Part shown: positions 30,136 to 38,547 of the stretch, piece by piece
Numbering within the stretch: the stretch's first letter is position 1
Layout: every line of letters begins with the position of its first letter
Source of the DNA: Candidatus Eiseniibacteriota bacterium
GTDB lineage: Bacteria; Eisenbacteria; RBG-16-71-46; CAZAMP01
Direction of reading: 5' to 3'
NCBI GenBank assembly: GCA_965224245.1
Contig: OZ245046.1
Span: forward strand, 6,016,001-6,080,000
Length of the DNA stretch: 64,000 nt
Notes under the pieces: generated by a model
Seen by the model: only the letters and a program-made list of their open reading frames with translations
Told to the model about the DNA's origin: nothing
Database searches by the model: none
Translations under genes and position numbers: made by a program

Positions 30136-32463
30136 TCACGTGCGTGCAGGTTCAGGTCGAAAGCTCCGGCCCGCGATGGTGCGGGACGGCATGAACGACA
30201 GCGCGGCGGGCATGATCAGGAACGTCGCGCCGCCACTGATCAACATGATCGCGAAGAAGAACGCGCCCACGGTGACGTACGGCACCAGCGTGGCGAAGAA
30301 CATCGGAACGAAGCCGAGCGCGATCACCACGATGTTCCGGGCCAGTGCCTGGGCGGGCTCGTGGAAGAACTCGACCATGGTCCTCTCGAACTCCCGGCCC
30401 TTCTGGTTGAAGATGTCCCGTGTTCGCTGGATGAAGTGGATCGCGAAGTCGACGGACAGCCCCAGCGACAGACTGCTCAGAACCGCGATCGGCATGTCGT
30501 AGTTCCGGCCGGTGATCCCGACGTAGCCGTACGTGATCAGGATCGTGGCCGTGAGCGGCACCATGGCCAGAAGACCGAGCCGGACGCTCCGGAAGAGCAA
30601 GATCATCATCAACAGCACCGTGACGTACGAGCCCGCGAGCGCCTTGCCCATGCCGCTGACCATCAGCTGCTGCCACTTCACGTTGATGTAGCTCAGCCCA
30701 CCCCAGCGCACGGACATCCCGCTCGGCGGCGGGTTCTCGGCGATCCAGGCGGTCGCATCGTCCACGACCGCGGCCACCTTCTGGTTGTCGCCCTCGTGCA
30801 TCTGGATCCAGATGTTGATGCGATCCTGGCCGGGGGTGATGAACTTGAACAGGTCGTCGGGCGAGCCGCCGCTCATCTCGTACAGGAACAGATACTGGGC
30901 GATCTTCTCCCGGGTGTCGGCGAGCGTGTCGGAGCCCTCGGCGCGGTCGAGGAGCTCGTACTGGACCTTCTTCAGCACGTCGACCACCGAGCTGGCCGCG
31001 CCGACGTTGTCCTCCCGGCTGACGTGATCCTGGAGCTGCTCGGCCCACGCCATCCACTCGGGCTCCAGGAACGCCTGCTCGTCCTCGCCGCCCAGCTCGA
31101 GATACGCGAGGTACGTGCCGGCCAGGTGCTCGTTCATGACCCGGTCGGCCACCCGGAGGGGGCTGCCGGCCTTGAACCAGTTCACCGGGTTGTCGTTCAC
31201 GACGATGCGGGTCACGCCGTAGCCGGCGACGAGCATGATCACCGCGAGGCCGACGAACACGGGGACGCGGAACCGCGTCGAGAACCGGTAGATCTTCTGG
31301 AGGTGGCTCTCGGGCGCGCCGGTCCCCTCGTGGACCTTGGCGAACTTGGCCAGCGTCTCGCGCGGCGAGAGCATCGCGAAGGCCGGGATGAAGAGCATCG
31401 ACAGGAGCCAGGCGAGGAACACGCCGATCGCCACGAACGAGCCGAACACCTGCACCGGCGGGATCGGCGTGGCGATGAGCGCGGCGAAGCCGACCACCGT
31501 GGTCAGCGACGTGAAGGCCATCGGCACCAGGAGCTCGTCGAGGGCGCGCTCCAGCGTGGCCTCCACCGTGTCGTGACGGTGGTAGTTCGCGTGGATCGAG
31601 CTCAGGAGATGGATGCTGTTCAGGACCGCGATCGGGATCAGGAAGATCGGGATCATCGAGCTCATGATGTGCACGGTGAAGCCCATGCCGATCAGCAGTC
31701 CCATCGTCCAGATCACGGTGATCATGGCCAGGAGCATCGGCGCGAGGACCACCCGCGGCTGGCGGAAGAAGAACAGCATCAACAGGAAGATCAACAGGAA
31801 GGCCGCCGGGGCCGAGAACGCCATCTGCGAGAACATCGCGGCCCCGAACGTGTCCTGGGCCACGGGCTGTCCGGCCAGGTGATACCGCTCGTCGCCGTGG
31901 TCCGCGTCGATGACGGCCTGAATCTGATCCCCGACCTCCATCGCGAAGTCCTTGGTCTCGAGCGGCACGAAGATCGCCAGCGCCTTGCCGTCGTCCGACG
32001 CGAGCTTGCCCCGGAGCACGGGGTTCGCACGGATCTGCTCCAGGATGCGCTGCGCGTCCTCGCGGGTCTCGGGCACCTCGTCCATCAGGCGCTGGACGCG
32101 GATGCCGCCGCCGGGCTCGGGCAGGATGTCGTCGACCTCGGTGGGGGCCAGGATGTCGTCGACGATCACGCCGTCCATGTCGTAGAGGGCGTCGGTGATC
32201 CTGGCCGCCCGGGCCAGGATCTCGGGCGTGAACACGGTCTCGTCGTGCACGATGCCCACGACGAGGAAATCGCGGAGGCCGAAGTTCTCCTTGATCTCCC
32301 GGTGCATGACCCGGACCTCCTCGTCGGCCGGAAGCATGTTCTCGGGATCGGTGTCGATCTTGATCTTCGGTAGCTGCAGGCCCGCCACGATCGTCAACAG
32401 AACCACGATCGCCATGACGAGCTTCGGATGCTCGATCGACGGCTTCAGAAACAGCTGTTTCAT
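30136..32463 (-). CDS. MMPL/RND-family inner-membrane exporter
   Basis: Two repeats of TM + periplasmic domain + 5 TM; TSLTTVVGF, GLSVDFAIH. Confidence 0.88.
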   Translation of the reverse strand: MKQLFLKPSIEHPKLVMAIVVLLTIVAGLQLPKIKIDTDPENMLPADEEVRVMHREIKENFGLRDFLVVGIVHDETVFTPEILARAARITDALYDMDGVIVDDILAPTEVDDILPEPGGGIRVQRLMDEVPETREDAQRILEQIRANPVLRGKLASDDGKALAIFVPLETKDFAMEVGDQIQAVIDADHGDERYHLAGQPVAQDTFGAAMFSQMAFSAPAAFLLIFLLMLFFFRQPRVVLAPMLLAMITVIWTMGLLIGMGFTVHIMSSMIPIFLIPIAVLNSIHLLSSIHANYHRHDTVEATLERALDELLVPMAFTSLTTVVGFAALIATPIPPVQVFGSFVAIGVFLAWLLSMLFIPAFAMLSPRETLAKFAKVHEGTGAPESHLQKIYRFSTRFRVPVFVGLAVIMLVAGYGVTRIVVNDNPVNWFKAGSPLRVADRVMNEHLAGTYLAYLELGGEDEQAFLEPEWMAWAEQLQDHVSREDNVGAASSVVDVLKKVQYELLDRAEGSDTLADTREKIAQYLFLYEMSGGSPDDLFKFITPGQDRINIWIQMHEGDNQKVAAVVDDATAWIAENPPPSGMSVRWGGLSYINVKWQQLMVSGMGKALAGSYVTVLLMMILLFRSVRLGLLAMVPLTATILITYGYVGITGRNYDMPIAVLSSLSLGLSVDFAIHFIQRTRDIFNQKGREFERTMVEFFHEPAQALARNIVVIALGFVPMFFATLVPYVTVGAFFFAIMLISGGATFLIMPAALSFMPSRTIAGRSFRPEPART

Positions 32464-32539
32464 GTGAACTCTCCGGTAACGGTCCTCGAGCAGTCGGGAC
32501 GGTGCTCCGAACCTGCCGTCGCTCGTATTTGTGTTCTGA

Positions 32540-32640
32540 GTGATATTGACATATGATCACTCAGTCGTCGACGCAGTTGGCTGCATGAAATTATCGACTG
32601 CATAGTTATATAGGCACACAGTTGTCTTTGTCAAGTGCGA
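32540..32640. promoter_or_regulatory. AT-rich divergent promoter region between the MMPL operon and arsR
   Basis: Sharp AT enrichment; CTGCAT direct repeats and imperfect dyad TGCATAGTTATATAGGCA. Confidence 0.5.
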
Positions 32641-32674
32641 TCGAACGGCCGATCTCGACATAGGTGGTAAAGCC

Positions 32675-33016
32675 TTGCAGTACAGAAGTTTAGCCTTGAT
32701 CGCGGAGCGCTTTCGGGTCCTCGGGGACCCGCTCCGGCTGCAGATCCTGCACGTTCTCGGCGGGGACGAACGCACCGTGGGCGACCTCGTGGAAGCGGTC
32801 GAGGCCAGTCAGGCCAACGTGTCGAAGCACCTTCAGGTCCTCCGGAAGGCGGGGCTCGTCGAGCGCCGCCGCCAGGGGCTCCACGCGTACTATCGCGTCA
32901 CCGATGCCTCCATCTTCCAGCTCTGCGACCTCGTGTGCGGCCGGATGAGCCAGCAGTTCGAGGACGAGCTCGAGGCGATCCGTGGGCTCCATCCCCCGTC
33001 GGCGGGAGACGACTGA
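32675..33016 (+). CDS. ArsR/SmtB-family transcriptional regulator
   Basis: LGDPLRLQIL, SQANVSKHLQVL winged HTH; C-terminal CDLVC. Confidence 0.9.
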   Translation: MQYRSLALIAERFRVLGDPLRLQILHVLGGDERTVGDLVEAVEASQANVSKHLQVLRKAGLVERRRQGLHAYYRVTDASIFQLCDLVCGRMSQQFEDELEAIRGLHPPSAGDD

Positions 33017-33129
33017 GCGCTCGGCATCGGCGATCGCGACGGCCGTGGCGCTCCCGGCGCGAGGAGGCCGAAGCGGTTTCCCAGCACGTTTAGCAGCGAA
33101 CGGGATGTGATTCCAGAGGAGATCCGATC

Positions 33130-33552
33130 ATGGCGAGCTACGGCTGGTCGACCATCATCACCGGTCGCACCTTCGACGAGACGATCACCGACGTCGTCGA
33201 TGCCCTCGGCGCCGAGGGCTTCGGCGTCCTGACCGAGATCGACGTGCGCGAGACGATGAAGAACAAGCTCGGCATCGAGTTCAGGCGCTACCGGATTCTG
33301 GGCGCCTGCAATCCCCACCTCGCGCACGCCGCCCTCGTCGCCGATCCGATGGTCGGGCTGCTGATGCCCTGCAACGTCGTCGTCCAGGAGACCGAGGACG
33401 GGGACGTCGAGGTGGATGCCGTCGACCCGCGCGCGATGTTCTCGCTGATGGAACGAGCCGACGATCCGGCCTTCGAGACGCTCGCCGGCGAGGCCGTGGA
33501 GCGGCTCCGCCGCGTGCTCGACACCGTCGCGGGCCGGGCGAGCGTGGGCTAG
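33130..33552 (+). CDS. DUF302 domain protein
   Basis: GFGVLTEIDV, YRILGACNP, LLMPCNVVV. Confidence 0.88.
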   Translation: MASYGWSTIITGRTFDETITDVVDALGAEGFGVLTEIDVRETMKNKLGIEFRRYRILGACNPHLAHAALVADPMVGLLMPCNVVVQETEDGDVEVDAVDPRAMFSLMERADDPAFETLAGEAVERLRRVLDTVAGRASVG

Positions 33553-33728
33553 GGGCGGCAGCCGATCCGTGCCCGGCGGACCCGGCGGGGTCGGAAAGCG
33601 CAACCGAGCTCCATCTGGTGCGGTATGCTCGCCAGCGGGTGGACCGTCGACACCGGGACGGCCAAAGGCGCCACGCCTGAATCCCCAGAGAACTCCACCG
33701 GTGGCCTGGCCTCGGCCGGAGAGCTGCA

Positions 33729-33749
33729 ATGAGAGACACCGCGCCCTAG
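33729..33749 (+). promoter_or_regulatory. Candidate leader uORF (MRDTAP*) upstream of the ABC-F gene
   Basis: GGAGAG SD (33718-23), 5-nt spacing, ATG AGA GAC ACC GCG CCC TAG inside a 360-nt intergenic leader. Confidence 0.4.
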
Positions 33750-33911
33750 CCGACTCGCGACGCCCCCAGCGCCCTGCGAGACCCCGATCGGGCCGCCCGT
33801 CAGCGATGGCCGTCACCGGTCCGATCCGATCCCGACGCGAGTCGTGCAACGTCGTCCGGACGCGCCACACCGGTGCGTCCCGTTCCACGATCTCGGCGAA
33901 GGGAGCGCGCG

Positions 33912-35504
33912 GTGTCCCGCATCCAGCTGTCGAATCTGTCATTCCACTACCAGCAGCCCTACGTCCAGGTCTTCGAGCGCGTCTCGATCGAGATCGACTC
34001 GCGATGGCGAACCGGCGTCGTCGGCCGCAACGGGACGGGCAAGAGCACGCTCCTGGGCCTGATCTCGGGCCGGCTCGAGCCGACGGGCGGATCGATCGAG
34101 CGGCCGCCCGGGACGGTGACGTTTCCGTACGCGCCTCCGGATGCGGCGGCAACGGCGCGCCGGGTGGTGCTCGACGCGGCGGGCCCGTACCGCCGGCTCG
34201 AGGAGACGATGGAGCGCACGTCGAGCCGGCGTGACCCGGCCGGTGTCGCCGCGTTCGGCGCGGCGCTCGAGGAGTACCAGCGGCGCGGCGGCTACGAGAT
34301 CGAGGCCCGCATCGAGCGAGAGTGTCACGCGCTCGGGCTGGACTCGTGCACGCTGGATCGGCCGTTCGTGACGCTGAGCGGTGGCGAGCGGACGCGCGCG
34401 CTGATCGCCGCGCTCTTTCTGCGCGAGGGCGTGTTCCCGCTCATCGACGAGCCCACGAACCACCTGGACGTCGAGGGACGCGAAAGGCTCGGCGACTACC
34501 TCTCACGGCAACGCGGGTTCGTGCTCGTCTCGCACGATCGGCATCTCCTGGATCGCGCGGTGGATCACATCGTGGCCATCAATCGAGCCGACGTCGCCGT
34601 GCACCAGACCGACTACTCGGGGTGGCGCCGGCAGATGGAGCTCTCCGAGCTCCACGAGCAACGCCGGCACGAGAACCTGACGCGGGAGGTCGCGCAGCTC
34701 GAGGTCGCCGCGCGCAAGCGGCGCACCTGGTCGCATCGAAAGGAGCAGGAGAAGCGAGGCGCGTACGACAAGGGGCGCATCGGTCATCTGGCCGCGCGTC
34801 AGATGAAGCGGGCGCTCCACATCGAGCGACGGCGCCACCGAGATCTGGAGGAGCGAAAGGCGCTCCTGCGCAACGCCGAGAAGGAGCGCACGCTGCGGCT
34901 CCGCGAGGAGGCCGGCGGGCCCCGGACGCTGTTGCAGGTGCAGGACCTCGAGGTCGTGCTGGGCGGCCGCACCGTGCTCGAGAGGATCTCCCTGTCGATC
35001 CAGAAGGGGGAGCGGGTGGCCGTGGTGGGGCCGAACGGCTGCGGCAAGACGGTGCTCGTCCGCGCGATCGCGGGTGAGCTGACCCCGAGCAGCGGGATCG
35101 TGCGCCGCCGGTCTCACGTGACGATCTCGCGCGCGTACCAGGAGCCACTCTGGCAGTCGGGGTACCTGCGCGATCACCTTCGCGACGCGGGGCTGGACGA
35201 GGTCGTGTTCCGGCGCGTCATGGGATCGCTGCACGTGACCGGTGACGTCTTCGAGCGACCGCTGGAGACGTTCAGCCTCGGCCAGCGCAAGAAGGTCGAC
35301 CTGTGCCGGTCGTTCGCGGGGACCGCGCATCTCTTCGTGTGGGACGAGCCGCTGAACGAGATCGACATCGCCACCCGCGAGGCGATCGAGTCCGCGATCC
35401 TGACCCACGAGCCGACGCTGCTGGTGGTGGAGCACGACCGGCGGTTCGTCGAGCGCGTGGCCACGCGGGTGCTGCGCCTCCCCGGCGAGAACGGGCGCGC
35501 GTGA
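33912..35504 (+). CDS. ABC-F ribosome-associated ATPase, Lsa-like (antibiotic-resistance ABC-F)
   Basis: Two NBDs and no TM segments; GRNGTGKST, LSGGE, FPLIDEPTNHLD, SHDR; linker DKGRIGHLAARQMKR; second NBD SLGQRKKV...WDEPLN resembles Lsa; GTG start after GAAGGGAG. Confidence 0.85.
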   Translation: MSRIQLSNLSFHYQQPYVQVFERVSIEIDSRWRTGVVGRNGTGKSTLLGLISGRLEPTGGSIERPPGTVTFPYAPPDAAATARRVVLDAAGPYRRLEETMERTSSRRDPAGVAAFGAALEEYQRRGGYEIEARIERECHALGLDSCTLDRPFVTLSGGERTRALIAALFLREGVFPLIDEPTNHLDVEGRERLGDYLSRQRGFVLVSHDRHLLDRAVDHIVAINRADVAVHQTDYSGWRRQMELSELHEQRRHENLTREVAQLEVAARKRRTWSHRKEQEKRGAYDKGRIGHLAARQMKRALHIERRRHRDLEERKALLRNAEKERTLRLREEAGGPRTLLQVQDLEVVLGGRTVLERISLSIQKGERVAVVGPNGCGKTVLVRAIAGELTPSSGIVRRRSHVTISRAYQEPLWQSGYLRDHLRDAGLDEVVFRRVMGSLHVTGDVFERPLETFSLGQRKKVDLCRSFAGTAHLFVWDEPLNEIDIATREAIESAILTHEPTLLVVEHDRRFVERVATRVLRLPGENGRA

Positions 35505-35527
35505 TACCATCGGTGCTGGGAGGTGTC

Positions 35528-37483
35528 ATGACGCGCGCACCCGGGATCGTGTCGGCGGTGGGATCGATGGGGCTGGTGATCGCTGCGTGGGCGTCGATCG
35601 CCGAACCCTCGCCGCCGGACGGGTCCGCCGGAGGAGCGGCCCCGGTGCCGCTCGGGCTCCGCCTGTCCGTGGATCCGCCCGACGTGCTCACCCTCGTTCC
35701 CGGCCGCCGCTACACGATCGGTACGCTGAGCCTGGAGGCGTTCGTCGACGGACCCGACGACCACGGCGTCGCGGACCTCGCCGCCGAGGGGCTGTTCGCG
35801 GGTCTGGACTGGAGCGGGCTCGAGCTTCGCCGCGACGACGTGCGCCCGGCCGACGACGCGTGGATCCGCGAGCGCATCTACACGCGGGCCACCTGGATGC
35901 TGGTCGAGCAGTCGATCGCGGTGTCCGTTCTCGACACGGACGGGGACGTCCTCGACGGACCGGTCACGTACCGGCTCGGCGCGGGTCGCTACGTCGACGA
36001 TGGCGACGCGTTCGCGATTCGCCGCGCGTCGGCGATCCAGACCGCGACCGGCTGTCCGGACGACGACGACTGCACCGGCGCGACGTTCCGTCAGGAGGCG
36101 TTCCTCCAGGCGCGCAATCCCGTGGACGACGCACCCGCCTCGTTTCTGATCGACGAGCGCGCGGCCACGTTGCGCGTCGTCTGGAGCGTGCGCTCCGACC
36201 ACGCGATCGACGTTCCGCTGGCGTTCGAGGCGTCGCCCGCGCACGCGTACGGGTTCTCGGTCGAGATGACGCCGCTCGACGAGGCGGCCGACGGGCAGGT
36301 CGCCCCCGGCGACGCCGTCTCGTTTCGGCTGACGTTCCGCGACGGGGCGGGGAAACGTCTCCACGACGAGGGCATGCTCCCGACGTACCGGGACTTCCTC
36401 GAGGGACGATCGGCCGGGCTCGTCTACTTCGACTTCGATCAGGGCGTGCTCTTCTACGACGACAAGAACGCCGAGGGTGTGCTGCTCACGGCGCTCGGCG
36501 GCCCGCGCGGTCGCCTCCGCCAGGTCTACTCCGAGCTCACCACGCCGGAGTTCCTGGAGCGAAACCAGGTCGTGGCCGACCCGAAGACCGACGGCTACTA
36601 CGCCGAGTGGCAGCTCGTCCCGCCGGGCGACGTGCTGTTCGGCGGCGCGTTCGGGGACCCCGCGCTCTGGGACACGCCGATCTCGGACGTGGTGACGTTT
36701 CACGTGCCCGGGGACGCCGAGCCGGGAGAGTACGTCGCGGTGGCCAAGGCCCGGCGGGAGTACCTCGGAGAAGTGCGACTCGCATCGGTCGTCACGACGC
36801 TGGCCGTCGGCGACGGAGAGATCGAGAACGCGCCCTGGGTCGGCAAGTGCGAGACCTGTCACACCGACGCCCTCGATCTCTCGCGCGTCTTGCACACGGT
36901 GTCCGACACCGACGCGTGCGATCTCTGCCACGTGCCGCTGGACTTCGAGCCGGACAACATGCTCGCGTATCGGATGCACTACGTACACTACTTCTCCGAT
37001 CGCTACGACCAGCCGAAGGACCGATGCATCGCCTGCCACGAGGTGCCCGCGAGCATCCAGCGCCCCAGCTACCTCGTGTGCCTGGCCTGCCATCTCGAGT
37101 ATCACGGCGGGGCCGAGGAGTTCGGGCAGTACGGCACCTGCGCCGACACGCGCTACTGCCACCCCGACCACAACTTCCCGTGGATCGAGCCCTTCGAGGT
37201 GGCGCCGCCGCCGTTCGGGGCCTCGCCGTACCCGAACCCGTTCAATCCCTGGGTGACGATTCCGTACCGGGTGGCCGGGGAAGGGGAGGTCCGGATCCGG
37301 ATCTACGACGCCCGGGGACGGCTCGTACGCGCGTTCGACGCGAGCGGGGAGACCCCGGGCGAGCACGAGGTCGTCTGGGACGGGACCGACACCGGTGGGG
37401 TCGAGGTGGCCTCGGGGTCGTACGTCGTCTCCATCCGTACGGCCGGGACGGAGCAGACGCGGCAGCTGCGGCTCATCCGCTAA
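35528..37483 (+). CDS. Secreted multiheme c-type cytochrome (MtrC/OmcA-like heme domain) with C-terminal FlgD-Ig/T9SS-type-A-like domain
   Basis: Signal peptide; CETCH, CDLCH, CIACH, CLACH and CADTRYCH; MHYVH; terminal YPNPFNP...IYDARGRLV...WDG...ASGSY; GGAGGT SD. Confidence 0.8.
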   Translation: MTRAPGIVSAVGSMGLVIAAWASIAEPSPPDGSAGGAAPVPLGLRLSVDPPDVLTLVPGRRYTIGTLSLEAFVDGPDDHGVADLAAEGLFAGLDWSGLELRRDDVRPADDAWIRERIYTRATWMLVEQSIAVSVLDTDGDVLDGPVTYRLGAGRYVDDGDAFAIRRASAIQTATGCPDDDDCTGATFRQEAFLQARNPVDDAPASFLIDERAATLRVVWSVRSDHAIDVPLAFEASPAHAYGFSVEMTPLDEAADGQVAPGDAVSFRLTFRDGAGKRLHDEGMLPTYRDFLEGRSAGLVYFDFDQGVLFYDDKNAEGVLLTALGGPRGRLRQVYSELTTPEFLERNQVVADPKTDGYYAEWQLVPPGDVLFGGAFGDPALWDTPISDVVTFHVPGDAEPGEYVAVAKARREYLGEVRLASVVTTLAVGDGEIENAPWVGKCETCHTDALDLSRVLHTVSDTDACDLCHVPLDFEPDNMLAYRMHYVHYFSDRYDQPKDRCIACHEVPASIQRPSYLVCLACHLEYHGGAEEFGQYGTCADTRYCHPDHNFPWIEPFEVAPPPFGASPYPNPFNPWVTIPYRVAGEGEVRIRIYDARGRLVRAFDASGETPGEHEVVWDGTDTGGVEVASGSYVVSIRTAGTEQTRQLRLIR

Positions 37484-37494
37484 CAGAAGCCGAG

Positions 37495-38022
37495 CTACCG
37501 GTAAACGCTCTTGATCGTCGTCCACGACGCCGGTGCCACGGGGACGTCCTTGCACATGGGGTCCAGGGCCGTACGGGCACCGTCGAACTCGGTCTGGCTG
37601 CAGTAGGGCTGAACGTCCACGCAATCCCCGACGAACGTGAGTTCGAAGTCCTCCGTCCCGGCCAGGACGTCACCCACCCGGACCGCGCTCAGCGTGTAGT
37701 CGTACATGGCGGTACACCCCGGGAAGGGCTCGATCTCCCAGGTGCAGGTCATCTCCATGCTGTCGTCGGTGACGACGCCGTCGCACACGTAGGGGTATGC
37801 GAGGCCCTGGTTGAAGCGGGCGGGCTCGCCGCTGCACATCCGCGAGGGACCATTGAACGGGGTGGTATCGCCGCTGCCGCACTCGCGCTCGACGAAGTCG
37901 ACGTCCCAGACGCCCTCCCAGGCGTCGGTGAAGACCGGGTCCGCGGCGCGGGCACCCGGGAGGACCAGGCTCTGGGCCACGATCACGAGACCGAGGGACG
38001 CGACGCGACGCGAGCGAGACAT
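37495..38022 (-). CDS. Small secreted Cys-rich protein ending in VPVAPASWTTIKSVYR
   Basis: AGGAGGT SD, signal peptide ending ARA-A, 8 Cys. Confidence 0.7.
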   Translation of the reverse strand: MSRSRRVASLGLVIVAQSLVLPGARAADPVFTDAWEGVWDVDFVERECGSGDTTPFNGPSRMCSGEPARFNQGLAYPYVCDGVVTDDSMEMTCTWEIEPFPGCTAMYDYTLSAVRVGDVLAGTEDFELTFVGDCVDVQPYCSQTEFDGARTALDPMCKDVPVAPASWTTIKSVYR

Positions 38023-38431
38023 GGACACCTCCTGGGGTGGGTCAGGATGACGGGAGCCTAACATATCGTTCATGTGCCGGCTCTCCGGGGGCGTGTTTGG
38101 ATGATGGCGTCGACTGATCGGGCGACCCCGGTCTCGCTCCGCCCGGTGTGGGGGCATCGGGTGTCGCAGCCGCCGAGGCGAGCCGGCACGCGGTGCCTGT
38201 ACCGGCCCTCGCCGCGCAGCGCGCTGTGCTCCCATCTCATGCAAAAACAGTGACTTATGTCGAGGATGGGCGTGACGCGATCGAGACCGGTGGCGTGCGG
38301 CCCGCCGCTCTCGCGGTATCGTCCGCGGCCGGTCGATGGGCCGGGCGTCGTCCATGTCGACGCGTCTCCCGGGGGGCGATCGCGGGGGCCGAGGAGCCCT
38401 CCTCCCGGTGCACGGAACGGCGGTTTTGGTG

Positions 38432-38461
38432 TTGACCCGCCAACTCGCGCTTCGATAGACT
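38432..38461 (+). promoter_or_regulatory. Candidate sigma70 promoter of the str operon
   Basis: TTGACC-N18-TAGACT about 87 nt upstream of rpsL. Confidence 0.55.
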
Positions 38462-38547
38462 CCTCGCCCGTTGCTCAGACACCTTCCGGGTCCCGGCGGG
38501 GCCCGGTTCTTTTGTCACGCGCATTTAGCGCAGGGAGATATCGGTCT

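Noticed and set aside
23552-38430. Prophage or integrative element
   Set aside because: No integrase, transposase, phage gene or att-like duplication found
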